Notes: generated by a model not told the origin, from the sequence alone. A stretch of 64,000 nucleotides of DNA from Candidatus Saccharimonadota bacterium (GCA_016700315.1 CP065013.1:257449-321448); one strand, 5' to 3'. Positions 33,544 to 42,980 are shown, counted from the stretch's first letter. A program made the numbers and translations.

Positions 33544-33585
33544 TCTTCGTAAATCCTTAATCGTTAATCTTTAATCAACTAAGGC

Positions 33586-34062
33586 CTAGAAAGGTATATC
33601 ATCGAGATTGATTGGCTCGTCGTCTACATCTTCGATCTCGGCTTCTTTTTTCTTGGATGGTTTACCGCTAGGGGCGTCTGAACTTGCAGAGCTACTGCTT
33701 GAGCCATGATCGTTGCTACCGCTACTACCTTGTCCACCGCCAAGGAATGTTACATCTTGTGCCACAACCTCGACTTTACTGCGCTTTTGACCATCTTGCT
33801 CCCAAGAACGGCTTTGCAGCCGGCCGTTTACGAGTGCTGGCCTGCCCTTTGTCAGGTATTGAGCCACACGCTCCCCGAGTGGACCCCAAGCTACGATATC
33901 GATGAAATCTGTAGCTTCCTGCCACTCGCCGTTGCTACTTTTGTAACTGCGGTTCAAAGCTAGGCTAAAGCTACAAACGCTTTGACCGCTAGGCGTGCTC
34001 CTAAGCTCTGGATCACGCGTTAAGTTGCCCATGAGAATGACTTGGTTGAATGACCTTGCCAT
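33586..34062 (-). CDS. ssb: Single-stranded DNA-binding protein
   Basis: OB-fold N-terminus MARSFNQVILMGNLTRDPELR, a G/S-rich linker, and the acidic tip DDIPF. Confidence 0.93.
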   Translation of the reverse strand: MARSFNQVILMGNLTRDPELRSTPSGQSVCSFSLALNRSYKSSNGEWQEATDFIDIVAWGPLGERVAQYLTKGRPALVNGRLQSRSWEQDGQKRSKVEVVAQDVTFLGGGQGSSGSNDHGSSSSSASSDAPSGKPSKKKEAEIEDVDDEPINLDDIPF

Positions 34063-34179
34063 AAAAACCTCCTTGCAGGAACTAAGTCCTAGTTATTTAT
34101 TGTATTTTCAATGTACTCTCTTGCAAGCCATCCGTGCAAGTGTTATTTTTACTACCCTTAGAAAGAGCAACTTTCTGAA

Positions 34180-34497
34180 CTAGCTGTTGCGTACTGACAC
34201 TATCTTCTCTGCCTTGGCATCAAACTTCCATTCAGCACATGTACCTTTACCTATTCTACGGCCACAAATAAGGACTGCGCCAAAAAAAATTCTCTGTTCG
34301 CCTATGGATTCGTATATTAAACCCCTTACTTCGGGAGTAATGCCGCCGATGCGTATTGCCTCAAGTTCATCTGCAATAGAAACCTCAGCAGCAGCTTCAA
34401 GCAGTTTACCTGCAGCTGCTTTGTAGACGTCGTCGCTCCACCCTTCATCCCTGCCGTTTCTGGTGCATCTAGGGCATACTTCAGGTAGACAGTTCAT
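34180..34497 (-). CDS. Hypothetical 105-aa Cys-containing protein inserted between rpsF and ssb
   Basis: ATGA overlap with the rpsF stop. CPRC motif near the N-terminus. No family recognised. Confidence 0.45.
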   Translation of the reverse strand: MNCLPEVCPRCTRNGRDEGWSDDVYKAAAGKLLEAAAEVSIADELEAIRIGGITPEVRGLIYESIGEQRIFFGAVLICGRRIGKGTCAEWKFDAKAEKIVSVRNS

Positions 34498-34880
34498 TAC
34501 TCTTCGTCCTTGTCGTCTTCTTCGTCGTCAGCCGAGGTGCGCTTGGCAGCTTTTTCGGCTTTTTCGGCTTTCAAAGCTTCTGCTTTTGCAATCGCCTTTA
34601 GGTCAGGCTTGGTCAAAAGAAATCTTATAACTTCTTCTGTAATGTTAAGCTGATCGTTAATAGCCTTTACGCCTTCTGCCGGAAGCTCTAGCGTGTAGAA
34701 CACGTAGACGGCATGGTTAACGCCTTTGATAGTGTAAGCCATCTTACGCTTACCCCAGTTATCGGTAGCCTTGATTTCACCCTTAACACTTTTGACTAGT
34801 TTCTCGATTTTGCCGGTAGCTTTGTCGAGATCTGCCTCAAGATCAGGGTGAATTAACACCGCTAATTCGTATTGTGACAT
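34497..34880 (-). CDS. rpsF: 30S ribosomal protein S6 with acidic C-terminal tail
   Basis: MSQYELAVLIHPDLEADLDK...WGKRKMAYTIKGVNHAVYVFYTLE. Confidence 0.92.
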   Translation of the reverse strand: MSQYELAVLIHPDLEADLDKATGKIEKLVKSVKGEIKATDNWGKRKMAYTIKGVNHAVYVFYTLELPAEGVKAINDQLNITEEVIRFLLTKPDLKAIAKAEALKAEKAEKAAKRTSADDEEDDKDEE

Positions 34881-34910
34881 TCGTCACTCCTTTCTTCTGC
34901 GAAGAAACGA

Positions 34911-34988
34911 GTTAGTAGTTAGTAGTTGGTAGTTGGTAGTTAGTAGCCTCATGAGCTACCATCTACCATCTACCTTCTACCTTCTACC
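34911..34988 (-). promoter_or_regulatory. Long imperfect hairpin in the rpsF leader built from two inverted heptamer arrays
   Basis: GTTAGTAGTTAGTAGTTGGTAGTTGGTAGTTAGTAGC (34911-47), a 7-nt loop, then GCTACCATCTACCATCTACCTTCTACCTTCTACC (34955-88). Hand pairing gives runs of 5-7 bp separated by mismatches roughly once per heptamer unit. Confidence 0.6.
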
Positions 34989-35114
34989 GACCTGTAACTT
35001 CTTTCGGTTTCTAGGTTAGGCGCACCAGAGGCCCCAACCAAGAAGTTAATTAATATTAAATATAGTATAAAGTATTATGAATAAAGTATCAAGTGCTAAG
35101 TGCTAACAAATGCG

Positions 35115-37331
35115 TTAGATTTCGCGTTCAAAGTCAGTTAGCGGCTCATCTTCAGGTGAAACCACGGCAGACTCATCGCCGTCAGTAGTTGCCCCGCCAA
35201 AAACATCATCGAGCGAGCTAACCAACACTTCGCGCGGCTTACTGCCATCGGCATGGCCAACAATGCCAGCTTCTTCCATCTCATCGATTAGCCTCGAGGC
35301 ACGACCATAGCCTATACGCAGTCTACGCTGTAGGAGTGAGGTTGATGCCTTACGATTTTCTATGACTACTCGCACGGCATCGCGGAACATATCATCATCA
35401 CTATCACTGTTGCCACCGCCGGCTGGCTCAGGAACTATGCCGCCTTTACCATTAAGAACAACTGGCATACTCACCACTTCGTCATCATACTGAGGTGGTC
35501 GCTGCATACGCAGAAAATCTGTCACTTTGTTGATTTCATCACCCATGATCAAAGCACCCTGAACGCGGATTGGTTTGGGCATGTCAGCTGTTACATAAAG
35601 CATATCACCAGTACCCAAAAGTTTTTCAGCCCCAACTTGGTCGAGTATTATTCTACTTTCAACCTGCCCGGCAACTGTAAAGGCAATGCGAGCCGGTACG
35701 TTAGCTTTAATTAGTCCAGTTATAACATCTACACGCGGACTCTGTGTTGCCAAAACTAAGTGAATACCAGCAGCGCGTGCTTTTTGGGCAATTCGGACAA
35801 TTAAAGCCTCAACTTCACGGCCAGCAAGCATCATGAGATCAGCCATTTCGTCTACAACGATCACGATGTAAGGCATACCAGCTTCGGCCTGCCTATCATT
35901 GTACTCAGCAATTGAGCGCGCGCCGTGCTCTTTAAACTGACGAAGACGCCTCTCCATCTCCGCAACTGCCCACTTGAGAGCGCTAATACACTTCTCGGGC
36001 TCAGTAATTACAGGTGTTAAAAGGTGTGGAATGTCGTTATAGGATGTTAGCTCAACCTGTTTTGGATCGACCAGAATAAGTTTGAGATCAGACGGAGAAT
36101 TACGATACAGCAAACTAACCAGAAGAGTATTAATCATGACCGACTTACCAGAACCAGTCTGACCAGCTATCAAAAGATGAGGCATGCGATCGAGAGAACC
36201 AACAATAGGTACCCCTGCAATATCCTTGCCAACCGCTAAACCGAGCGGCTGTTGGTTACTTTTCCAAGCGTCGCTATCGATTACGCCAGCCAGACGAACT
36301 GTCGCTGGTTTGACGTTTGGCACTTCTATGCCAACAGCTCGCTTGCCAGGAATAGGTGCTTCCATACGAATGCTGCGTGCCGCCAAATCAAGAGCTAGGT
36401 TATCATCAAGCGCAGTAATCTTTGACAGCTTAATACCTTGAGGTGGTTTGAGCGTAAACTGTGTTACACGTGGACCAACATTCACTTCCTCCATTTCTAC
36501 ATCAATACTAAAGTTACTAAGTGTGCTCTTGATAATTTCGGCGTTAGTCTCATAGTCACCAGCGTCGGCCTTGTCCTGCTTTTGATTAAGTAGATTCAAG
36601 CTTGGGAATTGCCAGTTTGGATCGCTTTTCTCTGTTAGAGCTTCGTGGTCTTCTTGCGGGGTTAGTGCAGCAGCGGCATTCTTGACCGGATTTTTTGAAA
36701 CTGAATTTCGCTCAGCTTGGCTATGATGCTCTACAGGCACACCTTCGTTTAATTTGAAGTGAGGCTCGCGTGTTTTTAGCTCATCTAAATCTGTGTCACC
36801 TTCTTGACGACGTAGGCTAAGTAATTTATCGAACAATCCACGGACCGAAACATCAAAAGTCCAACAAAATGCTAGAAACGTTAGGACAAAAAACACAATG
36901 CTCGTAGGTACCTTGTCTAAGAGTGCCAATAGTGCGTTGCCTATAGTTCTACCGACAGCCCCGCCGTAGCCACCCGCCCAAGGCAGTTCAGACGAGTCAC
37001 GGGTAGCAAACCCTGTGTGCAACCATGCGCTGGCAACGATTACAAAACTTGCCATGCTAGCAATGTTTCTGAAAGGTACAACTTTTTCTTCATGTTTGAA
37101 CTTGTGCACCGCCCAGTAAAAACACGCTAAGGGAGCAAAGTAGCCCGCTAGGCCAAAAGCATCGTAAACCCAACCAAAAAGTTTAACCGGCAATGACCCG
37201 CCAGTACCAAAGCCTCCTAGTAGCAGAAGGAGCCCCAAAACTACCAAAAAAACGCCGCGCATAACACGCCAAAACATACTTGGCTCTTTTGGAGCTTGTT
37301 TCTTGCTTGTTCGTTTTTTTCTTTTTGCCAT
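35115..37331 (-). CDS. ftsK: DNA translocase FtsK/SpoIIIE
   Basis: N-terminal TM helices, Walker A GQTGSGKSVMIN, VVDEMADLMM, and the C-terminal gamma winged helix LLQRRLRIGYGRASRLIDEMEEAGIVG. Confidence 0.93.
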   Translation of the reverse strand: MAKRKKRTSKKQAPKEPSMFWRVMRGVFLVVLGLLLLLGGFGTGGSLPVKLFGWVYDAFGLAGYFAPLACFYWAVHKFKHEEKVVPFRNIASMASFVIVASAWLHTGFATRDSSELPWAGGYGGAVGRTIGNALLALLDKVPTSIVFFVLTFLAFCWTFDVSVRGLFDKLLSLRRQEGDTDLDELKTREPHFKLNEGVPVEHHSQAERNSVSKNPVKNAAAALTPQEDHEALTEKSDPNWQFPSLNLLNQKQDKADAGDYETNAEIIKSTLSNFSIDVEMEEVNVGPRVTQFTLKPPQGIKLSKITALDDNLALDLAARSIRMEAPIPGKRAVGIEVPNVKPATVRLAGVIDSDAWKSNQQPLGLAVGKDIAGVPIVGSLDRMPHLLIAGQTGSGKSVMINTLLVSLLYRNSPSDLKLILVDPKQVELTSYNDIPHLLTPVITEPEKCISALKWAVAEMERRLRQFKEHGARSIAEYNDRQAEAGMPYIVIVVDEMADLMMLAGREVEALIVRIAQKARAAGIHLVLATQSPRVDVITGLIKANVPARIAFTVAGQVESRIILDQVGAEKLLGTGDMLYVTADMPKPIRVQGALIMGDEINKVTDFLRMQRPPQYDDEVVSMPVVLNGKGGIVPEPAGGGNSDSDDDMFRDAVRVVIENRKASTSLLQRRLRIGYGRASRLIDEMEEAGIVGHADGSKPREVLVSSLDDVFGGATTDGDESAVVSPEDEPLTDFEREI

Positions 37332-37344
37332 AGTACTTCACTTA

Positions 37345-37425
37345 CGCTTCAGAGGACAACTACGTTTTCCTCTGGTCGCTCCGGGCAAAAAGCGTCGTTT
37401 TTGCTCGGGCTACTCTTTTCCTTTT
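37345..37425 (-). repeat. Two-hairpin intergenic element, copy B (between rnj and ftsK)
   Basis: AGAGGACAAC-TAC-GTTTTCCTCT and GCAAAAA-GCGTCG-TTTTTGC followed by GGCTACTCTTTTCC. Alignable with copy A at 40735-40826. Confidence 0.75.
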
Positions 37426-37518
37426 TTAATACTGTTACAGTATACCGCTTATCTTAAATTTCAGATATACCGAATGTTGTAATAATAACAAAATTCTTAT
37501 GCTTTGTCAACTGATTGA

Positions 37519-39633
37519 TCAGTCTACTCGGGCGTCTTGGCCTAGCAGGCTGGCCCGCATTTTGGCGAAGCGCTCCTGCTGTTCGGCGGCAATTTGTTCA
37601 GGCGTTTTTGGTTCCGGCTTTGACTCGCCTACCGCATTTTCTGCTACTAGTTGCCCTGCACCGACCGTGCCATTTGCGTTCTTGACGCTACTGTTGCCAA
37701 CCACGTTGACTACCGGTATGACGATCGGGCTGCGCTGAGTCTGCTCGTACAGAAAATGTGTAACGTAATCCTTGAGCTCGGCTTTGAAACGATCTAGATC
37801 AACTCTCTTGTAGCGCTGCTGAACCGCCCGGCGAAGTTCTATTCTAAACAAATTCATCAACTCTTCCTGGCCGCGCATGTAGATGAAGCCGCGGCTAATA
37901 ATATCTGGGCTAGTAAGCAGCTGCCCCGTTTTCTTATCAATTGTTAAGATGACCGCTACAAGTCCTTCCTCGCTCAATACTAGGCGATCTTTGACCACCA
38001 CACTGTTTACGATTGCACCTGTTTGATCAACCAAAACTGTACCAACTGGCACTTCTCCGATTACCTCCATCTTGTCTCCGTTGATTGCTACAACTTGACC
38101 ATTTTCGGCATTGAGACAGTTGCTTCTCGGTACACCTAGCTCGACTGCAAGATCAATATGGCTTTTCTTGCTGCGGATTGAACCGTAGATTGGCAAGAAA
38201 AACTTAGGACGAAGCATCTGGATCATCTCGGCGTACTCGTCTCGACTTGCATGACCCGAAACATGTAGCGGTCCAACCTTATCTAACTCATGAGTCATGT
38301 GCTGAAAAACGTGAACACCCATACGCACCATGTTGTCGACCATACCGCCGATAAGTGCGTCGTTTCCGGTCTCTGGGATTGGCGTACTTGAAAGCACAAC
38401 CGTGTCTTGCTCTTTAAGCTTAATATGCTTGTGAGCGCCGCTAGCCATACGCTGCAGCGCCGAATTTGGTTCGCCTTGACTACCCGTACAAACCACTACT
38501 ACTTCGTGATCTTTCATGGTTGGGACGGCACTGATCGGCACGATTGTGCCTTTCTGAATCCTGACAAAACCGTGACGAATCGCCATTTCAAGTGTGCTAA
38601 TTAGACTGCGACCATCAAGTGCGATCTTTTTGTTGTGGTGAATCGCAGCGTTGATGATCATTTGAATACGGTTGATATTGGTAGAAAACATCGACATGAA
38701 ACAGCGTCCTGGCGCATTCTCCATAATGTCGATGAAGCTCTGCTCGATTGTCGATTCGCTAGGGGTGCGGCCCAATCGCTCAGTTGTTGTACTCTCGCTC
38801 ATAAGTAGCAGTACACCTTCGCGGCCAAGCTCGGTTAGCCTTTCCATGTCAGAGCGTTCGTGATCGAGCGGATTTGGGTCAAAACGGAAGTCGCCGGTGT
38901 TTATCACACGTCCAACCGGAGTATCTAGCACTACTACAGTACTGCCTGGAATAGAGTGAGTGATACGCACTAACTCGACAAAAAAGACTCCAACTTTTAG
39001 TTTTTCGTGGGTGTTCTCGTTCATGGGTACTACTTCGAGCTTGAAGCCTTCTGGCATAGGCAGGCCAAAGTTCTCGAAAATTTCCTGCACGCGCCCACAA
39101 GTAAATCGGCTACCATAAACTGGCGCTGGATACTTAGGAATGATGTGCGGCAAAGCCCCAATGTGATCAAGGTGCCCGTGAGTTATAACGTAGCCTTTTA
39201 TCTTGTGCTTGATAGTATCTAGATAGCTTGTATCGCAGATGCCATAGTTGATACCAGGCAGGTCAACCCCAAGGTCGTTACCCGCGTCAATGATAACCGC
39301 ATCGTTTTGGTACTCAACAAGCATCATGTTTTTGGAGCCACCACCGTCCATACCACCCAAGCCGATTACCTTCAGTCTAGGACTGTCATCTATGAAATTT
39401 GCTCGGCGTGGCTGGTTGCCATTTTGGGCCGGTGTGTCGTACAACTTTGCGATTCGGTCAGCATCTTCGTGAGCACGTTTTTGGGCTCTGATAGCTTCGC
39501 CGCGGCTTGCCGCACGAGCCTGAGGCGTCGTCCGAGGTCTAGCCTTAGCAGGCGCGTTCTGCCCCTGTTTTGGTGCTGAGTTTCTCGGGCGATTACCGCC
39601 ACCAGAACGGTTTTGTTTAAAATTGTTATTCAT
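37519..39633 (-). CDS. rnj: Ribonuclease J with basic N-terminal extension and extended C-terminus
   Basis: Metallo-beta-lactamase motif ITHGHLDHIGALP and beta-CASP region. About 90 aa of R/N/Q/G-rich N-terminal low complexity. Confidence 0.88.
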   Translation of the reverse strand: MNNNFKQNRSGGGNRPRNSAPKQGQNAPAKARPRTTPQARAASRGEAIRAQKRAHEDADRIAKLYDTPAQNGNQPRRANFIDDSPRLKVIGLGGMDGGGSKNMMLVEYQNDAVIIDAGNDLGVDLPGINYGICDTSYLDTIKHKIKGYVITHGHLDHIGALPHIIPKYPAPVYGSRFTCGRVQEIFENFGLPMPEGFKLEVVPMNENTHEKLKVGVFFVELVRITHSIPGSTVVVLDTPVGRVINTGDFRFDPNPLDHERSDMERLTELGREGVLLLMSESTTTERLGRTPSESTIEQSFIDIMENAPGRCFMSMFSTNINRIQMIINAAIHHNKKIALDGRSLISTLEMAIRHGFVRIQKGTIVPISAVPTMKDHEVVVVCTGSQGEPNSALQRMASGAHKHIKLKEQDTVVLSSTPIPETGNDALIGGMVDNMVRMGVHVFQHMTHELDKVGPLHVSGHASRDEYAEMIQMLRPKFFLPIYGSIRSKKSHIDLAVELGVPRSNCLNAENGQVVAINGDKMEVIGEVPVGTVLVDQTGAIVNSVVVKDRLVLSEEGLVAVILTIDKKTGQLLTSPDIISRGFIYMRGQEELMNLFRIELRRAVQQRYKRVDLDRFKAELKDYVTHFLYEQTQRSPIVIPVVNVVGNSSVKNANGTVGAGQLVAENAVGESKPEPKTPEQIAAEQQERFAKMRASLLGQDARVD

Positions 39634-39664
39634 TTTTCTTTTCCCTTTCTATTTATTAGAGAAA

Positions 39665-40270
39665 TTATTTAGTTTCATTGTTATTAATTTGCTTCAGAAG
39701 ACTTGGAATTACTGCAAAATCTTCTAAAAGCGTAGCCCTCAAGCCGCCGTTATATAGTGCTGCGGCTGGGTGGTACAAAGGCAAAATAACTAATTTTGAC
39801 TCTGTATGCTCCAGCATAACCTTTATTCTTTTAGCTTGCCCGTGTTCTCGGCTGATAAACAGATCTGGCAGGAAGGCTAAGCCACTGTGTCGGCCTAACG
39901 TAACTATGATTTTAGGCTTGATGATAGCAATTTGCTTTTTCAGGTAAGGCAAAAAAGCTAGTTTTTCTTCTGGGAGTGGGTCTCGATTGTTCGGCGGACG
40001 ATACTTCACAATGTTGGTAATGTAGATGTCTCGCCTTTTCAGCCCGATACTGCTTAACATCTCATCTAGAAACTTGCCCGCTGCTCCGACAAATGGCAAG
40101 CCTTTAATATCTTCGTTTTTACCCGGGGCTTCGCCGACAAACAGCAACTCTGCCTCTGGGTTGCCATCACCAAAAACTAGCTGAGTCGCCTGTTCAGCTA
40201 GCTCTGGCGTCGGATTGTCAGCCAGTATCTTGGCCTGCAGAGCGTCTAATTGTTCCTGGTTACTCATCAC
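39665..40270 (-). CDS. Uracil-DNA glycosylase, family 4
   Basis: [27 protein letters not shown] and the HPAAALY motif. Confidence 0.88.
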   Translation of the reverse strand: MMSNQEQLDALQAKILADNPTPELAEQATQLVFGDGNPEAELLFVGEAPGKNEDIKGLPFVGAAGKFLDEMLSSIGLKRRDIYITNIVKYRPPNNRDPLPEEKLAFLPYLKKQIAIIKPKIIVTLGRHSGLAFLPDLFISREHGQAKRIKVMLEHTESKLVILPLYHPAAALYNGGLRATLLEDFAVIPSLLKQINNNETK

Positions 40271-40469
40271 TTCTTAAATTCTCCATTTTGCAGATAACAT
40301 AAGAGTGAGCTGATCTGCTACTGACTTGGGGATGCCTGCCTGCTCTCTAAGCTGTCTAATCACTCTAACAGCAAACTCAAGCATTCGCCTTTCAAGCAAC
40401 TGATGCCTAGTCTGTTCTCTGTCATCTGCTAAATCTCTGTTTTCTGTCATCTGTTTTCTGTTAAATTGC

Positions 40470-40658
40470 TTACTTTCTACTGACCAAACTGTAAAGATTT
40501 TTTAGCGTAAGGTATGCGAACAAAAAGAACGGTACGTACCAGATTAGGCCGCGGTCAATCGCGATGCTGGCGAACAAGTAGGTTAGTGCAGCATAGACCA
40601 AAACCCTAACTAGTGTTTTCTTGGTATTAGCCTGATTAACTACTTCTACTTTTGCCAT
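40470..40658 (-). CDS. Small two-TM membrane protein (62 aa)
   Basis: GAAGGGG Shine-Dalgarno sequence upstream. Two hydrophobic helices. Confidence 0.5.
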   Translation of the reverse strand: MAKVEVVNQANTKKTLVRVLVYAALTYLFASIAIDRGLIWYVPFFLFAYLTLKNLYSLVSRK

Positions 40659-40686
40659 CTGTACGCCCCTTCTATACTCTATAAAA

Positions 40687-40826
40687 TTACTTTTCTACAG
40701 CTTTCATTGACAATTTGCTGCGGCCTTTGTCGCCTTCGGCTTTTGAGGACAACCTACGGTTTTCCTCAACGCGCAGTGCAAAAAAATGTGATTTTTTGCT
40801 CTGGCTACTCTTTCCCCTTAAATACA
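40687..40826 (-). repeat. 48-bp duplicate of the pnp 3' end (40687-40734) plus ~92-nt two-hairpin element, copy A (40735-40826)
   Basis: TTACTTTTCTACAGCTTTCATTGACAATTTGCTGCGGCCTTTGTCGCC matches pnp 40827-40874 with 3 mismatches in 48. Element hairpins are GAGGACAACC-TAC-GGTTTTCCTC and GCAAAAAAA-TGTGA-TTTTTTGC. Confidence 0.88.
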
Positions 40827-42980
40827 TTACTTCTCTACAGCTTTCATTGACAATTTGCTTCGGCCTTTGTCGTCGATACCGACTAGTTTAACATCTACAA
40901 TGTCGCCAACTTTGACAACATCGCTCGGTTTCTCGACACGCTCGTTTTTCATCTCGCTGACATGTACTAAACCCTCTTGACCCTTCATAAATTCTACGAA
41001 TGCGCCGAAATCTAAGACGCTAACAACACGCGCTCCACGGTAAACTTTGCCAACTTCTGGCTCGGCTGTAAGGCTTTTGATCCACTCAAGCGCTTTTTCG
41101 ATCGCCTCAGTATTAACTGCAGCGACTGTAATCAAACCAGTGTCTTTGATGTCGATCTCAGCGCCTGTTTCTTTGGTGATTGCGTTGATTGTTTCACCAC
41201 CCTTACCAATAACAGCACCGATTTTCTCTGGGTTGATCATAATTTTCTCAATCCTTGGAGCGTGTGGGCTTAGACTAGCCCGAGGTCTGCCTAGGGTGCT
41301 TAACATGTGCCGTAAAATCTCAGCACGGCCTTCCTTGCCCTGCTCTAAAGCTTTTCGCAGAACCTCAACAGGCAAGCCGTGAACTTTCATATCCATCTGC
41401 AGAGCTGTGATACCCTTGTTGGTGCCTGCCGTTTTGAAGTCCATGTCACCTGCGAAATCTTCAGCGTCAGCAATATCACTCATGACGTAGGCATTGTCGC
41501 CGTCCATCATCAGCCCCATCGCAATACCAGACACTGGAGCTTTGAGGGGCACACCTGCATCCATAAGCGCCAGACAGCTGGAACAAGTCGCAGCCATGCT
41601 GGTACTACCGTTTTGGCTCATAATTTCTGTAACCGATCGAATAGCGTACGGAAAGTCTTCTTCGCCTGGTAGAACTGCAGTTAAGGCTCTTTCAGCGAGG
41701 TAGCCATGACCAATTTCACGACGTCCCGGACTACCAAGTCGGCGGACTTCGCCAACAGTGTATCCTGGAGCGTTATAGTGGTGCATATAACGGCGTTCAC
41801 CGTCACTTACTTCCATTGTGTCGACGATTTGGGCGTAGCTAAGCGGTGCGAGCGTTACGATGTTCATACCTTGAGTCACGCCTCGAGTAAACAAGCTCGA
41901 ACCGTGCGCTCTTGGCAAGATACCAACTTCGCTCGACAGCTGCCTAATCTCAGTTAGCTTACGGCCGTCAGGGCGAGTTTGGCTTTTTACAATACCATCA
42001 CGTACGTCTTTGTGAAGCGCCATAGTAAAGGCTTCATCGTATTCATCCCGCAGATCAGCGTAGTTCTCGCCGACTTTTTCAGCCATTTGCCCGTGAAAAT
42101 CCCAGCGAAGCTCGTTGATCATTTCGTTGCGTTCAGGGTAAGGACGGTGGAGTTTTTCGCCCAGCTTTCCTTCTACCCATGCATCAACTGCGCCCTGGAT
42201 CTCGTCATTTGGCTTGACTAGCTCGTACTCCAGCGGCTCTACACCAACTTTGGCGACTAGTTCTTTTTGAATCTTAAAGGCTGGAGCCATTTCGTTTAGA
42301 GCCCACTGCATGGCCTCTAAGACTTTTTCTTCGCTGACTTCATTAGCGCCCGCTTCTACCATCATAATGCCGCCTTCGCGGGCCGCAACTACTAGATCCA
42401 GCTCGCTAGCTTTCATCTCTGCATAGCTCATAAATGCCTTGAACTGGCCACTGTCATCTAGGCCGACTCGAAGTCCGGCAACTGGGCCGTCGAACGGTGC
42501 ACCTGTGAGCATAAATGCTGTACTCATGGCGATCATTGCCACCATGTCTGGCCTAAAGCTTGGGTCGCTGCTCAAAACACTAGCGACACCTTGTACTTCT
42601 TGTCGGTAGCCCTTGGGCCAAAGAGGTCGGATTGGTCGATCAATCAGCCGTCCGATCAAAATCGCCTCTTCACTTGGGCGACCTTCGCGCTTAATAAAGC
42701 GACTACCGCTGATTTTGCCTGTAGCGTAAAATTTTTCTTCGTAGTCGATGCTTAGCGGGAAATAGTCCATGCCGCTGATAGGTCGATTGCCAACCATGGC
42801 GGTCCCTAGCACAACCGTGTCGCCGTAGCTTACGAGAACACTTGAGGTACTCCTAAAACCAACGCGGTTGATTTCTAACTTTAGCTCTCGGCCGCAAAGC
42901 TCGGTGCTAACACTTATTATTTCTTTACCCTGGGGATTTATTGTCATTTTTTCCTTTTCCTTTTCGAAGTTTGGGCGCAA
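40827..42980 (-). CDS. pnp: Polyribonucleotide nucleotidyltransferase (PNPase)
   Basis: Two RNase PH domains plus KH and S1 domains (GKVYRGARVVSVLDFGAFVEF). The true start may be Met12 (42947). Confidence 0.94.
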   Translation of the reverse strand: MRPNFEKEKEKMTINPQGKEIISVSTELCGRELKLEINRVGFRSTSSVLVSYGDTVVLGTAMVGNRPISGMDYFPLSIDYEEKFYATGKISGSRFIKREGRPSEEAILIGRLIDRPIRPLWPKGYRQEVQGVASVLSSDPSFRPDMVAMIAMSTAFMLTGAPFDGPVAGLRVGLDDSGQFKAFMSYAEMKASELDLVVAAREGGIMMVEAGANEVSEEKVLEAMQWALNEMAPAFKIQKELVAKVGVEPLEYELVKPNDEIQGAVDAWVEGKLGEKLHRPYPERNEMINELRWDFHGQMAEKVGENYADLRDEYDEAFTMALHKDVRDGIVKSQTRPDGRKLTEIRQLSSEVGILPRAHGSSLFTRGVTQGMNIVTLAPLSYAQIVDTMEVSDGERRYMHHYNAPGYTVGEVRRLGSPGRREIGHGYLAERALTAVLPGEEDFPYAIRSVTEIMSQNGSTSMAATCSSCLALMDAGVPLKAPVSGIAMGLMMDGDNAYVMSDIADAEDFAGDMDFKTAGTNKGITALQMDMKVHGLPVEVLRKALEQGKEGRAEILRHMLSTLGRPRASLSPHAPRIEKIMINPEKIGAVIGKGGETINAITKETGAEIDIKDTGLITVAAVNTEAIEKALEWIKSLTAEPEVGKVYRGARVVSVLDFGAFVEFMKGQEGLVHVSEMKNERVEKPSDVVKVGDIVDVKLVGIDDKGRSKLSMKAVEK

